Numbered from the stretch's first letter, positions 40,360 through 51,925 are shown. The stretch is DNA of 64,000 nucleotides from Cyanobacteriota bacterium (GCA_046045965.1 JBJOKS010000007.1:64001-128000); one strand, 5' to 3'. Program-made: numbers and translations. Notes: generated by a model not told the origin, from the sequence alone.

Positions 40360-40542
40360 TGTTTGGGTGTTATTACTCTGTATATAATTACCATAAACCA
40401 AAGTTAGTGAGATTTCTTTTAAGATTTAGTGAAGTAACGAATTTAATCATGAAATTTCCGTGTTTTTATCGGTAGGGATTTTGTCGCTTGGTAATTTTTG
40501 CACGGTTGTCAATGTTACTAATGGCCTTTAGACTAAACAGAA

Positions 40543-40752
40543 GTGCGTTTTTTTCTGTTAGCAGTGCCAGATAAATTTTACTTGTGGAAAGAGATAGGGT
40601 TATCCACTGAAGAAATAGAACCAGATTATGAAATTAATCCAGAACCTTTCCTCAAACCTTATCACCGCAAAGCTTATGAACCAGATGATGATATTAGCAA
40701 CCCAGCTTCAGGAGCAGCAGGAGAGTTGTCAACAATTATTGGCATTGTCTAA
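40543..40752 (+). pseudogene. Probable fragment of a cyanobacterial hypothetical gene
   Basis: FFLLAVPDKFYLWK...[14 protein letters not shown] reads like an internal piece of a longer protein, followed by an unrelated tail. Confidence 0.35.
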
Positions 40753-40792
40753 TTACAGTAAGCTATTTGAGTGCGTTTCTTCAAAATCTAAG

Positions 40793-42028
40793 ATGGCTAC
40801 TGTTAACGACAACTACCTCAAACTAAAAGCTGGTTATTTATTCCCGGAAATTGCTAGACGGGTAAATGCTTTCGCGCAAGCTAACCCCGATGCGAAAATC
40901 ATCCGTTTGGGTATTGGGGATGTCACCGAACCCTTGCCAGAAGCTTGCCGGACTGCCATGATTAAGGCAGTAGAAGAAATGGGCGATCGCTCAACTTTCA
41001 AAGGATATGGACCAGAACAGGGTTATGCTTGGTTACGGGAAAAAATCGCTGCTCAAGATTTCCAAGCTAGAGGCGCGAATATAGAAGCTGATGAAATCTT
41101 TATCTCTGATGGTTCTAAATGCGATACAGGCAACATTTTAGAGATTTTTGGCAAAAATAACGTTATCGCTGTTACTGACCCTGTATATCCCGTTTACGTT
41201 GATACCAACGTCATGGCGGGTAATACCGGAGAAGCTAACGAAAAAGGCGAATATGGCGGTTTAGTTTATCTCCCTGTGACTGCGGAAAACAACTTTACCG
41301 CAGAAATACCCAAAGAGAAAGTAGATTTAATTTATCTCTGCTTTCCCAACAACCCCACCGGTGCAACTGCAACCAAGGAACATTTACAAGCCTGGGTAAA
41401 TTACGCAAAAGCTAATAATTCAATTATTTTCTTTGATGCTGCTTACGAAGCGTACATTACCGATCCTACCCTTCCCCATTCTATCTATGAAATTGAAGGC
41501 GCTAGAGATTGTGCCATTGAATTTCGCTCTTTCTCCAAAAACGCAGGTTTCACCGGAACTCGTTGCGCTTTAACCGTCGTTCCCAAAAACCTGACTGCAA
41601 AAGCCGCAGATGGTTCTGATGTAGAATTGTGGAAATTATGGAATCGTCGTCAGTCTACCAAATTTAACGGTGTTTCCTACATTGTACAGCGTGGTGCGGA
41701 AGCGGTTTATTCTGAGGAAGGACAAGCACAAACCAAAGCTTTGGTAAGTTTCTATTTAGAAAACGCGAAAATTATCCGTGAACAACTCACCAACGCAGGT
41801 TTATCGGTTTATGGTGGAGTCAATGCACCTTACGTATGGGTGAAAACACCTAATGGTTTATCGAGTTGGGAATTTTTCGATAAATTATTACAAACCGTCA
41901 ACGTTGTAGGAACACCAGGATCAGGTTTTGGTGCTGCGGGTGAAGGTTATTTCCGCATTTCTGCGTTTAACAGTAGGGAAAATGTCGAAGAAGCAATGAA
42001 ACGCATTACCGAGAAGTTTAAGGTTTAG
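40793..42028 (+). CDS. dapL: LL-diaminopimelate aminotransferase
   Basis: [29 protein letters not shown]; start at MATVNDNY. Confidence 0.96.
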   Translation: MATVNDNYLKLKAGYLFPEIARRVNAFAQANPDAKIIRLGIGDVTEPLPEACRTAMIKAVEEMGDRSTFKGYGPEQGYAWLREKIAAQDFQARGANIEADEIFISDGSKCDTGNILEIFGKNNVIAVTDPVYPVYVDTNVMAGNTGEANEKGEYGGLVYLPVTAENNFTAEIPKEKVDLIYLCFPNNPTGATATKEHLQAWVNYAKANNSIIFFDAAYEAYITDPTLPHSIYEIEGARDCAIEFRSFSKNAGFTGTRCALTVVPKNLTAKAADGSDVELWKLWNRRQSTKFNGVSYIVQRGAEAVYSEEGQAQTKALVSFYLENAKIIREQLTNAGLSVYGGVNAPYVWVKTPNGLSSWEFFDKLLQTVNVVGTPGSGFGAAGEGYFRISAFNSRENVEEAMKRITEKFKV

Positions 42029-42203
42029 TATGTTGTGGTGGGCAATGCCCACCCTACTTTTGTTAGACTTGATCTATCAAAAAAAATAGTAGATGAAAAG
42101 ATAGCGCATTATAGATAAAATTAGGATAGTTTTATTTTGACTCAAATACTCTGTGAGTATTGTTACAAAAAATATGACTCAATCAATTTAGAGGTGAATT
42201 TAT

Positions 42204-43691
42204 ATGAAATTGATCATAAAAAATTTGGGTCCCATTAAAAATAATACTCAAGCCATTGATTTATCCAAAGATTTTTTTGTGTTTGTTGGACGCAATAATA
42301 GTGGTAAAAGTTATGTAGCTCAATTATTATGGGCAATTTTTAATCAAGATATAATTCATCAATTCGCACGTAAGAATTTAGAAATAATTGATACCCCAAT
42401 GATTGAAAATGTCAATGATGTGGAAGTTAATTCTGAATTACTGGGGAAAATTTTGAACAGTTATAGTTTATTTTTGCAAGAGGAAACACAAAAAGAGATA
42501 TTTAATACGGGTAAACAATCAAAAATATTGAATAATATTGTGATTAAGTTTGATTATGAAATATCTGAATTAAAGGAACAGTCAATTAAAGCAGCTGTAA
42601 AAATAACACATGATGAAGACGATACATTAGAGTATATAGAAGTCAAAAAAGATCAAGGTCATTTAATATATAGATTTGAAGAAAAACAATTACCAGAGAC
42701 TCTTAAAGAAATAATTCCTAAAAAATATTTAGACAGAGATTTACTAGATAAAAAAAAGTTGCTTCTAATTTCGACAATAATTAGAACAATGTTAAAACAT
42801 TATCATGAGACTTTTTTCTTACCAGCTAGTAGGATTTTCTTTCCTACCTTCTATCGTTATATTTATGAAGTTGATAGAAAACAACGTGAACAAGATATCA
42901 AAAAACTTGTAGATTTACTGGAAAATCGTCGGAAAAAAGGTAAAATTGAATTATCGGATGTTGAAGAATTAGATGTTTTTAAAAGAAAATATACAGAACC
43001 GATGAATAAGGTTTTTGAAAAACTTTTTTCTCTAAATCTTGAAGAAAACATTGAAGAACATTATACCAATCTTGTCCAACAGTTACAAGAAATTATTGGA
43101 GGTGAAATAAAACCTATTAGTATGAAAGGAATTAGTCTGATAGAATTTTATTTTAAAATAGATTCTATTGATGAACCTTTACCTATGTATTTAGCTTCTT
43201 CATCTGTAAATCAATTAACACTGATTTATTTATATCTAAAATATTGGGCAGCAGAAAAAGACAATTTTTTAATGATAGATGAACCAGAGGTTAATTTACA
43301 TCCCGAAAATCAGATTAAATTATTAAATATCTTGATACAGTTCATCCAAAACGAAACCAGAAATAAAGTATTAATCACAACCCATAGTTCAATTTTAGCT
43401 AATGCTATTAATAACTACATATATCTGGATGTGCTGAAAAATCAACATGGTGTTAATGTAGAAAAAATTATCGAAGATAATCAATTGTACTATATTGATT
43501 CATCTGTATCTATAGCGAAGGAAAAAGTCGGTGTTTATTTCTTCACAGGTGATAAAATTATAGACTATGAAAGCGGTGATTCTGGTATTTATTTTAGGAA
43601 CTTTAGAGAAGTTGAAAATAATTTAGATAAATCACTTCGCATTCTGACTGATTATATCTACACTCAAGAAAATGAGGTAGATGATGAGTAA
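42204..43691 (+). CDS. AAA_15/AAA_21-like ABC-type ATPase
   Basis: GRNNSGKS Walker A, LASSSV signature-like, IDEPEVNLHP Walker B, ITTHS. Confidence 0.88.
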   Translation: MKLIIKNLGPIKNNTQAIDLSKDFFVFVGRNNSGKSYVAQLLWAIFNQDIIHQFARKNLEIIDTPMIENVNDVEVNSELLGKILNSYSLFLQEETQKEIFNTGKQSKILNNIVIKFDYEISELKEQSIKAAVKITHDEDDTLEYIEVKKDQGHLIYRFEEKQLPETLKEIIPKKYLDRDLLDKKKLLLISTIIRTMLKHYHETFFLPASRIFFPTFYRYIYEVDRKQREQDIKKLVDLLENRRKKGKIELSDVEELDVFKRKYTEPMNKVFEKLFSLNLEENIEEHYTNLVQQLQEIIGGEIKPISMKGISLIEFYFKIDSIDEPLPMYLASSSVNQLTLIYLYLKYWAAEKDNFLMIDEPEVNLHPENQIKLLNILIQFIQNETRNKVLITTHSSILANAINNYIYLDVLKNQHGVNVEKIIEDNQLYYIDSSVSIAKEKVGVYFFTGDKIIDYESGDSGIYFRNFREVENNLDKSLRILTDYIYTQENEVDDE

Positions 43692-44406
43692 AACTAATAA
43701 GGGTAAGTATTTTTTAAATCACCCTAACAATACAAATGTTAATTTGTTAAGGGATGAATTACATAAAGCTTTATCTCAACAAGAATTTATTATTGAAATT
43801 CCTGTGAGTGAAAATGAGAATCTTGAAATTACAGAAAAAAATACTAATGCAAAACTGAAAAAGGTACGTATTCAAAAATTAAACTACTGTGATGAAACGT
43901 CAAAAGTAGAAAGAATTTGGAAAATTAACTTAGAAAAAGATATACCCGGTATCTCAACTAGCAGCAGAACTCCTGAATGTGCTATTTTAGTTTTACAAAA
44001 GTATGAAAGTAGTTATAGGTTAAATATTATTTTAATTGAATTAAAATCTAGCATAGATAATAAGGCATTAAAGAACATTGAAGAAAAGTTTAGTTCTGCA
44101 ATGTCAAGAATATATATGTTACTCGTTCTCAATAATCACTTAAATCTCAAGCAAGGTTATAAAGAAGAAGAAATATATGTAGATTTTAAAGGAATTTTAT
44201 TTTATAAAACATTTTCTGAAAAAAGGAAATCTGAAGGTGAAAATGATAGCCAACTGTATTCAATTTTATATGATCCTAAAAAATCAGGAACATTAACTTT
44301 TCAGACAATTTTAAGAGAACAAGATAAAATCAAAGTTAAGTGTTTTTGTCATCAAGATAATGGTTTAGAAGAAATAACAGTAGATTTACAAGCCTTGTTG
44401 TTATAG
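43684..44406 (+). CDS. Hypothetical protein, possible PD-(D/E)xK nuclease fold
   Basis: PECAIL...IILIELKS; overlaps the ATPase stop codon, RBS GAGG. Confidence 0.55.
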   Translation: MSKTNKGKYFLNHPNNTNVNLLRDELHKALSQQEFIIEIPVSENENLEITEKNTNAKLKKVRIQKLNYCDETSKVERIWKINLEKDIPGISTSSRTPECAILVLQKYESSYRLNIILIELKSSIDNKALKNIEEKFSSAMSRIYMLLVLNNHLNLKQGYKEEEIYVDFKGILFYKTFSEKRKSEGENDSQLYSILYDPKKSGTLTFQTILREQDKIKVKCFCHQDNGLEEITVDLQALLL

Positions 44407-44494
44407 ATAATAAATACTTAGTATAAGTGATGAGAACAACTGCTTAAATTATCATCAATTAGGTAATTATTCAGCTATGAAATTTCAGCAAGCC

Positions 44495-45853
44495 CTACTT
44501 AAAAATTAAATCTAACCGTTGCTGCGCTGCTTTCAAGGCTTGTTCTGGGGAAGCTTTACCCAATAAAACCGCTTCAATTGCCCTTCCCAAACTGTCAGAA
44601 ATGCGAGTATAACCAGGAAAAATGGGACGAGAACGCCCATGTTTAGCTTGTTCTAAAAATACCTGAAGTTGTGGTTGTGCTTGTACAAATTCTTGATATT
44701 TCTGACTTTGACGTGATTTAATATTTACAGGTAAATAACCTGTTCCTAAAGCTAATTCTGTTTGGAAGTCTGCACTTAAAGTATATTCAGCAAATTTGAA
44801 AGCGGCTTGTTCTCGTTTTGATGTAGTTTTAAACAAAAACAGATTTTCACCACCAATAACTGTAGCAGGTTTTTGATTAACAGGAATGGGAAATACATCA
44901 AAATCTACACCACTCTGTTTAAATTCTCCCAAACTCCACGGTCCTGTTACCTGCATGGCTACTTTACCATTTACCAAGCTTTCTACCTCATAACCCCGTT
45001 CCAGTCCAGATAGAACTGCGGTATTATTTTTAAGTAAATTTTGCCATAGTTGCAAAGCTGCGATCGCTCCTTCATTACCAGCTAGAACCACATCTGCGGG
45101 ACTTTGTGCATCACCTTTCACCAATTTACCGCCACCACTCCACATAAAAGGCAACCAAGTAAACACCGTAAATTCACCTTTACCAGCAGGTAGCAAAATT
45201 CCATATTGATTGATTTCGCCATCCCCATTAGTATCACGAGTCAATTGTTTAGCAGCTTGCTGTAACTCTTCCCAAGTCTGCGGTACATCAGTAATTCCTG
45301 CGGCTTTGAATAAACTTGGTCTGTAATAAACACCAACATTATTTGTAGCGAACGGAACTGACCAAATTTTACCTTTGTATGCCATTGATGTATACAAAGC
45401 AGGGTCAATTTCTGCTTTAACTGGAGAATTAGCTAATTGATCATCTAAAGGTATTAAAGCACCCAGTTCCACTAATTGACCAGTGATTGTGGGATTATAC
45501 CATAATAAATCAGGTGGCGAATTTCCCACCACTGCTGCTAAAATTTTCGGCATTTGCTGATCTTGCTGACCAACATAAATAGATTCAACTTGGATATCTG
45601 GATGATTTTGATTAAATTTATCTACCAGCTTTTGTAATATATCTCGATTTGCTGGAGGATTCACACCATGCCAGAGAGTAATGTGAATAACTTTGTGAGA
45701 TTTTATAGCTTGACATCCACCTAAAACCAGCATACCCATCAGCAGAACTAGCAGTAAACTACTTAGGTAAAATGGTCGTTTCTTGGATTTAGTGCGAAAA
45801 TTAGAGATAATGAAAAGCTGATACAGATGATTAACCAATTTACGCAATTTCAT
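44495..45853 (-). CDS. ABC transporter sugar-type substrate-binding lipoprotein
   Basis: LGGC lipobox, ITLWHG, YYRPSLF, GGENL. Confidence 0.9.
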   Translation of the reverse strand: MKLRKLVNHLYQLFIISNFRTKSKKRPFYLSSLLLVLLMGMLVLGGCQAIKSHKVIHITLWHGVNPPANRDILQKLVDKFNQNHPDIQVESIYVGQQDQQMPKILAAVVGNSPPDLLWYNPTITGQLVELGALIPLDDQLANSPVKAEIDPALYTSMAYKGKIWSVPFATNNVGVYYRPSLFKAAGITDVPQTWEELQQAAKQLTRDTNGDGEINQYGILLPAGKGEFTVFTWLPFMWSGGGKLVKGDAQSPADVVLAGNEGAIAALQLWQNLLKNNTAVLSGLERGYEVESLVNGKVAMQVTGPWSLGEFKQSGVDFDVFPIPVNQKPATVIGGENLFLFKTTSKREQAAFKFAEYTLSADFQTELALGTGYLPVNIKSRQSQKYQEFVQAQPQLQVFLEQAKHGRSRPIFPGYTRISDSLGRAIEAVLLGKASPEQALKAAQQRLDLIFK

Positions 45854-46062
45854 CTTTAAAGCTTGATAACTTGCACAATTATCTTATAGCAGGGAATGGT
45901 GAATGCGGAGAATCAAGTCAAAAGTCAAAAGTCAAAAGTCAAAAATTCTGTTCCCTGTTCCCTGTTCCCTGTTCCCTGTTCCCTGTTCCCTTCTTTCCCA
46001 ATTACCAATTACCTGCGACGTTATATTCTATCTTGGAATAGATTGTTAATATTTTTCAAGTT

Positions 46063-46815
46063 ATGGCAGGACATAGTAAATGGGCAAATATTAAACGTCA
46101 GAAAGCGGTAGTAGATGCAAAAAGGGGAAATGTCTTTACCCAGCTATCGCGGGCGATTATAGTTGCTGCTAGAAATGGTATACCAGATCCGGCGGGAAAT
46201 TTTCAACTGCGGACAGCCATTGATAAAGCGAAAGCTGCGGGGATTCCCAATGATAATATTGAAAGAGCGATTGCTAAAGGTGCAGGTACTTTTGGCGGTG
46301 ATAACAACAATTTAGAAGAAATTCGCTATGAAGGTTATGGACCCGGTGGAGTAGCGATTTTAATTGAAGCCCTCACAGATAATCGTAATCGCACAGCGGC
46401 TGATTTGCGAGTAGCTTTTAGCAAAAATGGCGGAAATTTGGGTGAAACAGGTTGTGTGAGTTGGATGTTTTCCCAAAAAGGTGTTTGTACGGTAGAGGGT
46501 GTGGTTGATGAAGAACAGCTTTTAGAAGCTTCTCTAGAAGGTGATGCTGAGTCCTATGAAATGATTGCAGAAGAAACGGCTGAGGTTTTTACTGAGGTGA
46601 TAAACTTAGAGAAACTGACTCAGGTATTGAAAGCAAACAGCTTTAATGTTACAGATGTAGAATTACGCTGGATTCCTGGTAATCTGATGGAAGTAACAGA
46701 TACAGATCAGGCTAAATCTCTTCTGAAGTTAATTGATACCTTGGAAGGATTAGATGATGTGCAGAATGTGACAGCTAATTTTGACATGACAGAAAATCTG
46801 ATGACCTGGGAATAG
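46063..46815 (+). CDS. yebC: YebC/PmpR family protein
   Basis: [32 protein letters not shown]. Confidence 0.95.
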   Translation: MAGHSKWANIKRQKAVVDAKRGNVFTQLSRAIIVAARNGIPDPAGNFQLRTAIDKAKAAGIPNDNIERAIAKGAGTFGGDNNNLEEIRYEGYGPGGVAILIEALTDNRNRTAADLRVAFSKNGGNLGETGCVSWMFSQKGVCTVEGVVDEEQLLEASLEGDAESYEMIAEETAEVFTEVINLEKLTQVLKANSFNVTDVELRWIPGNLMEVTDTDQAKSLLKLIDTLEGLDDVQNVTANFDMTENLMTWE

Positions 46816-46998
46816 GGAATAGGGAATAGGGAATAGGAAATAGGAAAAAGTTGATTATTTTTACCCTACTTCCTGACTCCTGATTCCGGCTATATTTGGT
46901 GAAGTTTTTGTTACATTCAATACTAAAGCTCAGGGAATAGGGAATAATTAAGAAAGAGTTAAGCTCTGAAACTGAGTGGAGTGGGTAAAATAACTGAT

Positions 46999-49900
46999 AT
47001 GACAAATCAATATCCTTCTCAGCAAGCAGCGTCTCAAGGCAACCTGCTCAGTCATATCACTGATCGCATTTCTCAAACCTTAGAACTGCCAGATATTTTA
47101 GCGACAACGGCGGCGGAAATACGTAGTTTTCTAAGTATAGATAGAGTCAAAATTTATCGTTTTGATGCAGATGGTAGTGGTGAAGTAGTAGCCGAGTCCA
47201 TCAATGGCGATCGCTTACCATCATTATTAGGATTACACTTTCCCGCCAGCGACATACCCCCCCAAGCCAGAGAACTATTTATCACAGCCCGTCAACGGAT
47301 TATTGTAGACGTAGCATCAGGAAGAAAAACCACCAGCCGCATCAAGTCACCAGGAACTCTTTCCAGTCATAACCAAGAAGATATTCGCTACACACCGGTA
47401 GACACCTGTCACCTCCAATATCTGAAAACAATGGGTGTTACCGCTTCCCTGGCGATGCCAATTTTGTATCAAAATCAACTGTGGGGATTGATGGTAGCGC
47501 ACCACACCCAACCTAGACCCTTTACAGAACAAGAATTACAGATTGTACAGCTTTTAGTAGACCAGTTATTAATTGCGATCGCTCAATCAAACCTATTTGC
47601 ACAAGCCCGACAACAAGCACTGCAAGAAGCAGCAATTAGCCAAATGAAAAACTGGCTTGGCGCTTCCTTAGACAAAGAAGAGATCCGGCTATCCGTCCTT
47701 AAACACATAGTCACCACCTTGGGAGCGAACGGAGGTAGACTCTACATCACGGCTGATATGGCAGAACGGCCAGCGCAGATATACAGATGGGGAGAACAGC
47801 CAAATTACAACTTAATCGAAGAAAGCAAAGTTTGGCAAAACTTAATGGGATGGCAAGGTGTACTCGCAGTCAGTCACCGTCAACCCTCAGAAGTGATGAG
47901 AACCTGGGAAAAAACCGAGTGTTCCATAACTCAACCTGGTGCAGTTTATTCCTACAGCATTGCCGACTTCTGCCAAGATAAACGACTCAAAGCCCTAGTT
48001 ACTGCCTTTGAACATACTAAAATTAAATCCTTACTGATTATACCCCTGCAATATCAGCAGCAGTATTTGGGTTGCCTGACAGTTTTCCGCCCTGAAATTG
48101 AAACAGAAACCCTGTGGGCAGGGCGTTCTCACCCAGATGACCGGAATTTGCGTCCCCGTGAGTCCTTTGCAGCTTGGCGAGAAATTAAAACCGGACAAGC
48201 ACAACCTTGGACCCAAAGCGAAATCAAATTAGCCCAGTCCTTTGGACTACATTTGTATATTGCCGTCATGCAGCAAAGGGTAGAAAATTTACTGCGTCAT
48301 CATACCTCCTGCGATTTACTCACAGGTTTACCAAATCGGCTATTATTTGACGAACTGCTGGCCTTGTCCTTAGTGAATATTCACCAACGGGGCGGGATGT
48401 TGGCAGTGTTATGTTTAGATTTGGATCGATTCAAAAGAATTAATGATAGCTTAGGTCATGCCGTGGGCGATCGCCTCTTACAAACCGTAGCCGAACGCAT
48501 CAAAAGCTGTCTGCGGCCAGGAGATACAGTAGCCCGTTGGGGAGATGACGAATTTACCTTACTACTACCACAAATTAGCTGTGCAGAAGACGCTACCCAA
48601 ATCGCCCAAAAACTGTTAGATGTTATTGCCCAACCCTTGCAGATAGACAAACAAGAACTGCATATCACTGCTAGTATTGGCATTGCCCTAGCACCCTATG
48701 ACGGCGAAGAAGCCGAAACTCTCCTCAAACACGCAGATACTACCCTCAACCGCGCCAAACAACAGGGAAAAAATAATTACCTCTTGTATACAGCTACCAT
48801 GAATGCCACCTCCTTCGAGCGATTGGTATTGGGAAATAACCTTTACAAAGCCCTGGGCAGACAAGAATTACTTCTGCACTACCAACCACAAATAGACCTG
48901 AAAACCGGTCAAATTACAGGCATGGAAGCCTTACTGCGCTGGCATCATCCAGACATGGGGCTAGTTTCCCCCGCCCAATTTATCCCCCTAGCCGAAGAAA
49001 CCGGATTAATCTGTGATATTGGTGAATGGGTATTACGCACCGCTTGTAAACAAAACCGCCTCTGGCAACTAGCCGGACTCCCACCGCTGCGGGTAGCTGT
49101 GAATCTTTCTGCGCGTCAGTTCCAACAACCCAACTTAGTCAAAACCATTACCAAAATTTTACAGGAAACAGAACTAGAACCCCAATATCTAGAACTGGAA
49201 ATTACAGAAACTTTGTTAATGCAAGACGTAGACTTTACCGTTGCGGCTTTACGGGAACTCCAGGCTTTGGGAATTCACATTTCTATGGATGACTTTGGCA
49301 CGGGTTATTCCTCCCTGAGCTTGTTAATGTATTTTCCGCTGAGTAGTTTGAAAATAGATCAGTCTTTCATCCGCAACTTAAGCAAAAGTTCCAGCAACGC
49401 CGCCATTATTACCTCTGTAATTTCCTTGGGACACGGACTGAATTTAACCTTGGTGGCTGAAGGAGTAGAAACTTTAGAAGAATTAGAATTTCTGCGTCTG
49501 GCTAACTGCGATACTGTCCAAGGTTATCTATTAAGTAAACCCCTAAGTGCGGAAGCTGCGACAAAATTCCTCTTAGAAAAATTCCCCCAAGATAGCAAAC
49601 ATCTCCTCAGTCCCAGCGTTGAATCTCCTCCAGTTAACCCCCTCCCCGCCAATGAACCGCAACGGTTAGCCGCACTGCAAAAATATCAAATTCTGGATAC
49701 AGCTGAAGATGCCACCTTTGATGCTCTCACTCGGTTGTCAGCGCGGTTGTGTCAAACTCCTATTGCTTTTATCAGTTTGATAGATGAAAAAAGACAATGG
49801 TTTAAGTCCAAATTGGGTTTAACTATTACAGAAACTCCCAGGGAAATCGCTTTTTGCGCCCACACCATCTGTCAAAATGAGTTGTTAATAGTTGCCGATG

Positions 49901-51762
49901 CTTTAGCTGATCCGCGATTTGCAACTAATCCCCTAGTAACATCTCATCCCAAATTGCGTTTTTATGCCGGTGCGCCCTTGGTGACAAATGATGGTTGGGT
50001 TTTGGGTACTCTCTGTGTGGCAGATTATATACCCAGGGAATTAAACCCGGAACAGCAAGAAACACTGAAAATTCTCGCGGGTCAGGTGATGACTAAGTTG
50101 GAATTACGCCGTCACCAAATTGAAAAACGCCATTTAAAAAAGCAGTTACATCACGTTCATGAATTGAAAGGGCGGCAGCAAGAACTAGCAAACACAATCA
50201 CTGTATATCAACATAAAGAACAGGAATTGGTTGAGCGTGTCAACTTAGCCCAGTTAGCTTCTCATATTGCTGGTATTCTCGGTCAACATCAAAAGTTATC
50301 TGTGTTGCTGCAAAAGTGTACAGCCATCCTGACGCAACATTTGGATATTGCTTATGCAGGAATCTGGTTACAAAATCCAGTCAGCAAGAAAATGGATTTA
50401 GCCGCTAGTGCGGGATCATCTGTATATTTTTATGCGGCTAATTCCTCCGATCATCTTCCTATCAGTGAGTTTAAGGTCAGTTGGATTGCCCAAAATTCTC
50501 AGTTATTCCAAACTAATCAAATCCTGAATGAAGCAGATTTGAACGATAGAGAATGGGTGCAACGAGAACAGTTACAGGCTTTTGCTGGCTATCCTTTAGT
50601 CCTGGATCATTCTGTAGTCGGGGTGATGACAGTATTTAGCCGTCAACCGCTATCCCAGGGGGCTATAGCTCAATTTGTTGCTATTGCTGATGATGTTGCC
50701 CGTTGTGTAGAACACAAACAAACAGAGGAGTTAGTGAAACTGCAAACTCAACGGGAAAGATTAGTTGCCAGTATTACCCAACGCATTCTTCAGTCTTTGG
50801 ATCTCGACGAGATTATGAAGACGACGGTGAAGGAAGTCAGGCAATTTCTGCACACTGACCGGGTAATTATTTACCGCTTTAAGCCAGACTGGACTGGTGT
50901 GGTAGCAATGGAATCTGTGGGTAATGGCTTTAAGCCAATTCTTCGTAGTTTGATTGATGAACCATGTTTTAGAAATGTTTATGTGCCTCAGTATCGCCAA
51001 GGTAGAGTGAGAGCGATTGATGATATTTATACTGCGGGTATAGGTCAGTGTCACTTAGATTTATTGGCTGAGTTTCAGGTCAGAGCTAATTTGGTAGTAC
51101 CGATCATTCAAGGTGAAGAGTTATGGGGTTTGTTAATTGCCCATCATTGTAGTTGTCCGCGTCATTGGCGACAATTGGAAGTTAGCTTGTTGAGTCAGTT
51201 GGCTACGCAAGTGGCGATCGCAATTAAACAATCTGAATTATATCAACAGGTGCAACGTCAGGCTACAGTCGATGGCTTAACCCAAATTCCCAACCGTCGC
51301 CGCTTTGATGAATACTTCCAGCAAGTTTGGCAACAGATGGAGGCTATACAAGCACCTCTATCAATCATTCTCTGCGATATCGACTTTTTCAAATTTTACA
51401 ATGATACCTATGGACATCCGGCTGGGGATGATTGTTTGCGACAAGTAGCCGCTGCTATTAACAAAGCCGGAAATCGTCCAGGTGATTTAGTGGCTCGTTA
51501 TGGCGGTGAGGAGTTTGTCATTGTGCTGCCAAATACATCTGCATTAGGGGCTGTACAAGTAGCAGAACGCATTCGCGCTGAGGTGAAAGCTTTAGAAATT
51601 TCTCACGAAAAGTCTCTTGTGAGTCAGTATGTGACTCTCAGTTTAGGAGTTGCTAGTCTTATTCCTGCTGCTAATTCATCTCCTGCTGCTTTAATTGCAT
51701 CTGCTGATGATGCTCTTTATCAGGCTAAAGCTCAAGGACGTGATTGTTTACGGTTGGGTTGA
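46999..51762 (+). CDS. Cph2-like photoreceptor: GAF-PHY - GGDEF* - EAL - GAF - GAF - CBCR GAF - GGDEF
   Basis: FPASDIP...CH, PRESF tongue, WGDDEF, EAL and DDFGTG, EPCF...CH GAF, RPGD and GGEEF. Confidence 0.88.
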   Translation: MTNQYPSQQAASQGNLLSHITDRISQTLELPDILATTAAEIRSFLSIDRVKIYRFDADGSGEVVAESINGDRLPSLLGLHFPASDIPPQARELFITARQRIIVDVASGRKTTSRIKSPGTLSSHNQEDIRYTPVDTCHLQYLKTMGVTASLAMPILYQNQLWGLMVAHHTQPRPFTEQELQIVQLLVDQLLIAIAQSNLFAQARQQALQEAAISQMKNWLGASLDKEEIRLSVLKHIVTTLGANGGRLYITADMAERPAQIYRWGEQPNYNLIEESKVWQNLMGWQGVLAVSHRQPSEVMRTWEKTECSITQPGAVYSYSIADFCQDKRLKALVTAFEHTKIKSLLIIPLQYQQQYLGCLTVFRPEIETETLWAGRSHPDDRNLRPRESFAAWREIKTGQAQPWTQSEIKLAQSFGLHLYIAVMQQRVENLLRHHTSCDLLTGLPNRLLFDELLALSLVNIHQRGGMLAVLCLDLDRFKRINDSLGHAVGDRLLQTVAERIKSCLRPGDTVARWGDDEFTLLLPQISCAEDATQIAQKLLDVIAQPLQIDKQELHITASIGIALAPYDGEEAETLLKHADTTLNRAKQQGKNNYLLYTATMNATSFERLVLGNNLYKALGRQELLLHYQPQIDLKTGQITGMEALLRWHHPDMGLVSPAQFIPLAEETGLICDIGEWVLRTACKQNRLWQLAGLPPLRVAVNLSARQFQQPNLVKTITKILQETELEPQYLELEITETLLMQDVDFTVAALRELQALGIHISMDDFGTGYSSLSLLMYFPLSSLKIDQSFIRNLSKSSSNAAIITSVISLGHGLNLTLVAEGVETLEELEFLRLANCDTVQGYLLSKPLSAEAATKFLLEKFPQDSKHLLSPSVESPPVNPLPANEPQRLAALQKYQILDTAEDATFDALTRLSARLCQTPIAFISLIDEKRQWFKSKLGLTITETPREIAFCAHTICQNELLIVADALADPRFATNPLVTSHPKLRFYAGAPLVTNDGWVLGTLCVADYIPRELNPEQQETLKILAGQVMTKLELRRHQIEKRHLKKQLHHVHELKGRQQELANTITVYQHKEQELVERVNLAQLASHIAGILGQHQKLSVLLQKCTAILTQHLDIAYAGIWLQNPVSKKMDLAASAGSSVYFYAANSSDHLPISEFKVSWIAQNSQLFQTNQILNEADLNDREWVQREQLQAFAGYPLVLDHSVVGVMTVFSRQPLSQGAIAQFVAIADDVARCVEHKQTEELVKLQTQRERLVASITQRILQSLDLDEIMKTTVKEVRQFLHTDRVIIYRFKPDWTGVVAMESVGNGFKPILRSLIDEPCFRNVYVPQYRQGRVRAIDDIYTAGIGQCHLDLLAEFQVRANLVVPIIQGEELWGLLIAHHCSCPRHWRQLEVSLLSQLATQVAIAIKQSELYQQVQRQATVDGLTQIPNRRRFDEYFQQVWQQMEAIQAPLSIILCDIDFFKFYNDTYGHPAGDDCLRQVAAAINKAGNRPGDLVARYGGEEFVIVLPNTSALGAVQVAERIRAEVKALEISHEKSLVSQYVTLSLGVASLIPAANSSPAALIASADDALYQAKAQGRDCLRLG

Positions 51763-51765
51763 GGT

Positions 51766-51925
51766 GCAGGAGGCAGGGGAGCAGGGGAGCAGGGGAGCAG
51801 GGGACGCAGGGGAAGCAGGGGACGCAGGGGAAGCAGGGGACGCAGGGGAGGCAGGGGGAGGTTAATAACCCAATGACCAATGACCAATTACCAATGACCA
51901 ATTACCAATTATCAATTACCATTAA
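51766..51925. repeat. Composite STRR tract (GCAGGGGA 8/9-mers, then CCAATGA/CCAATTA)
   Basis: Seen directly between convergent genes. Confidence 0.9.

Noticed and set aside
40628..40792. N-terminal extension of DapL
   Set aside because: The conserved protein begins at MATVNDNY (40793)
45896..46111. Short ORFs over STRR tracts (also 51744-51935, 13069-13377, 14658-14885)
   Set aside because: They are translated repeats (CSLFP, QGKQG, ITNY)
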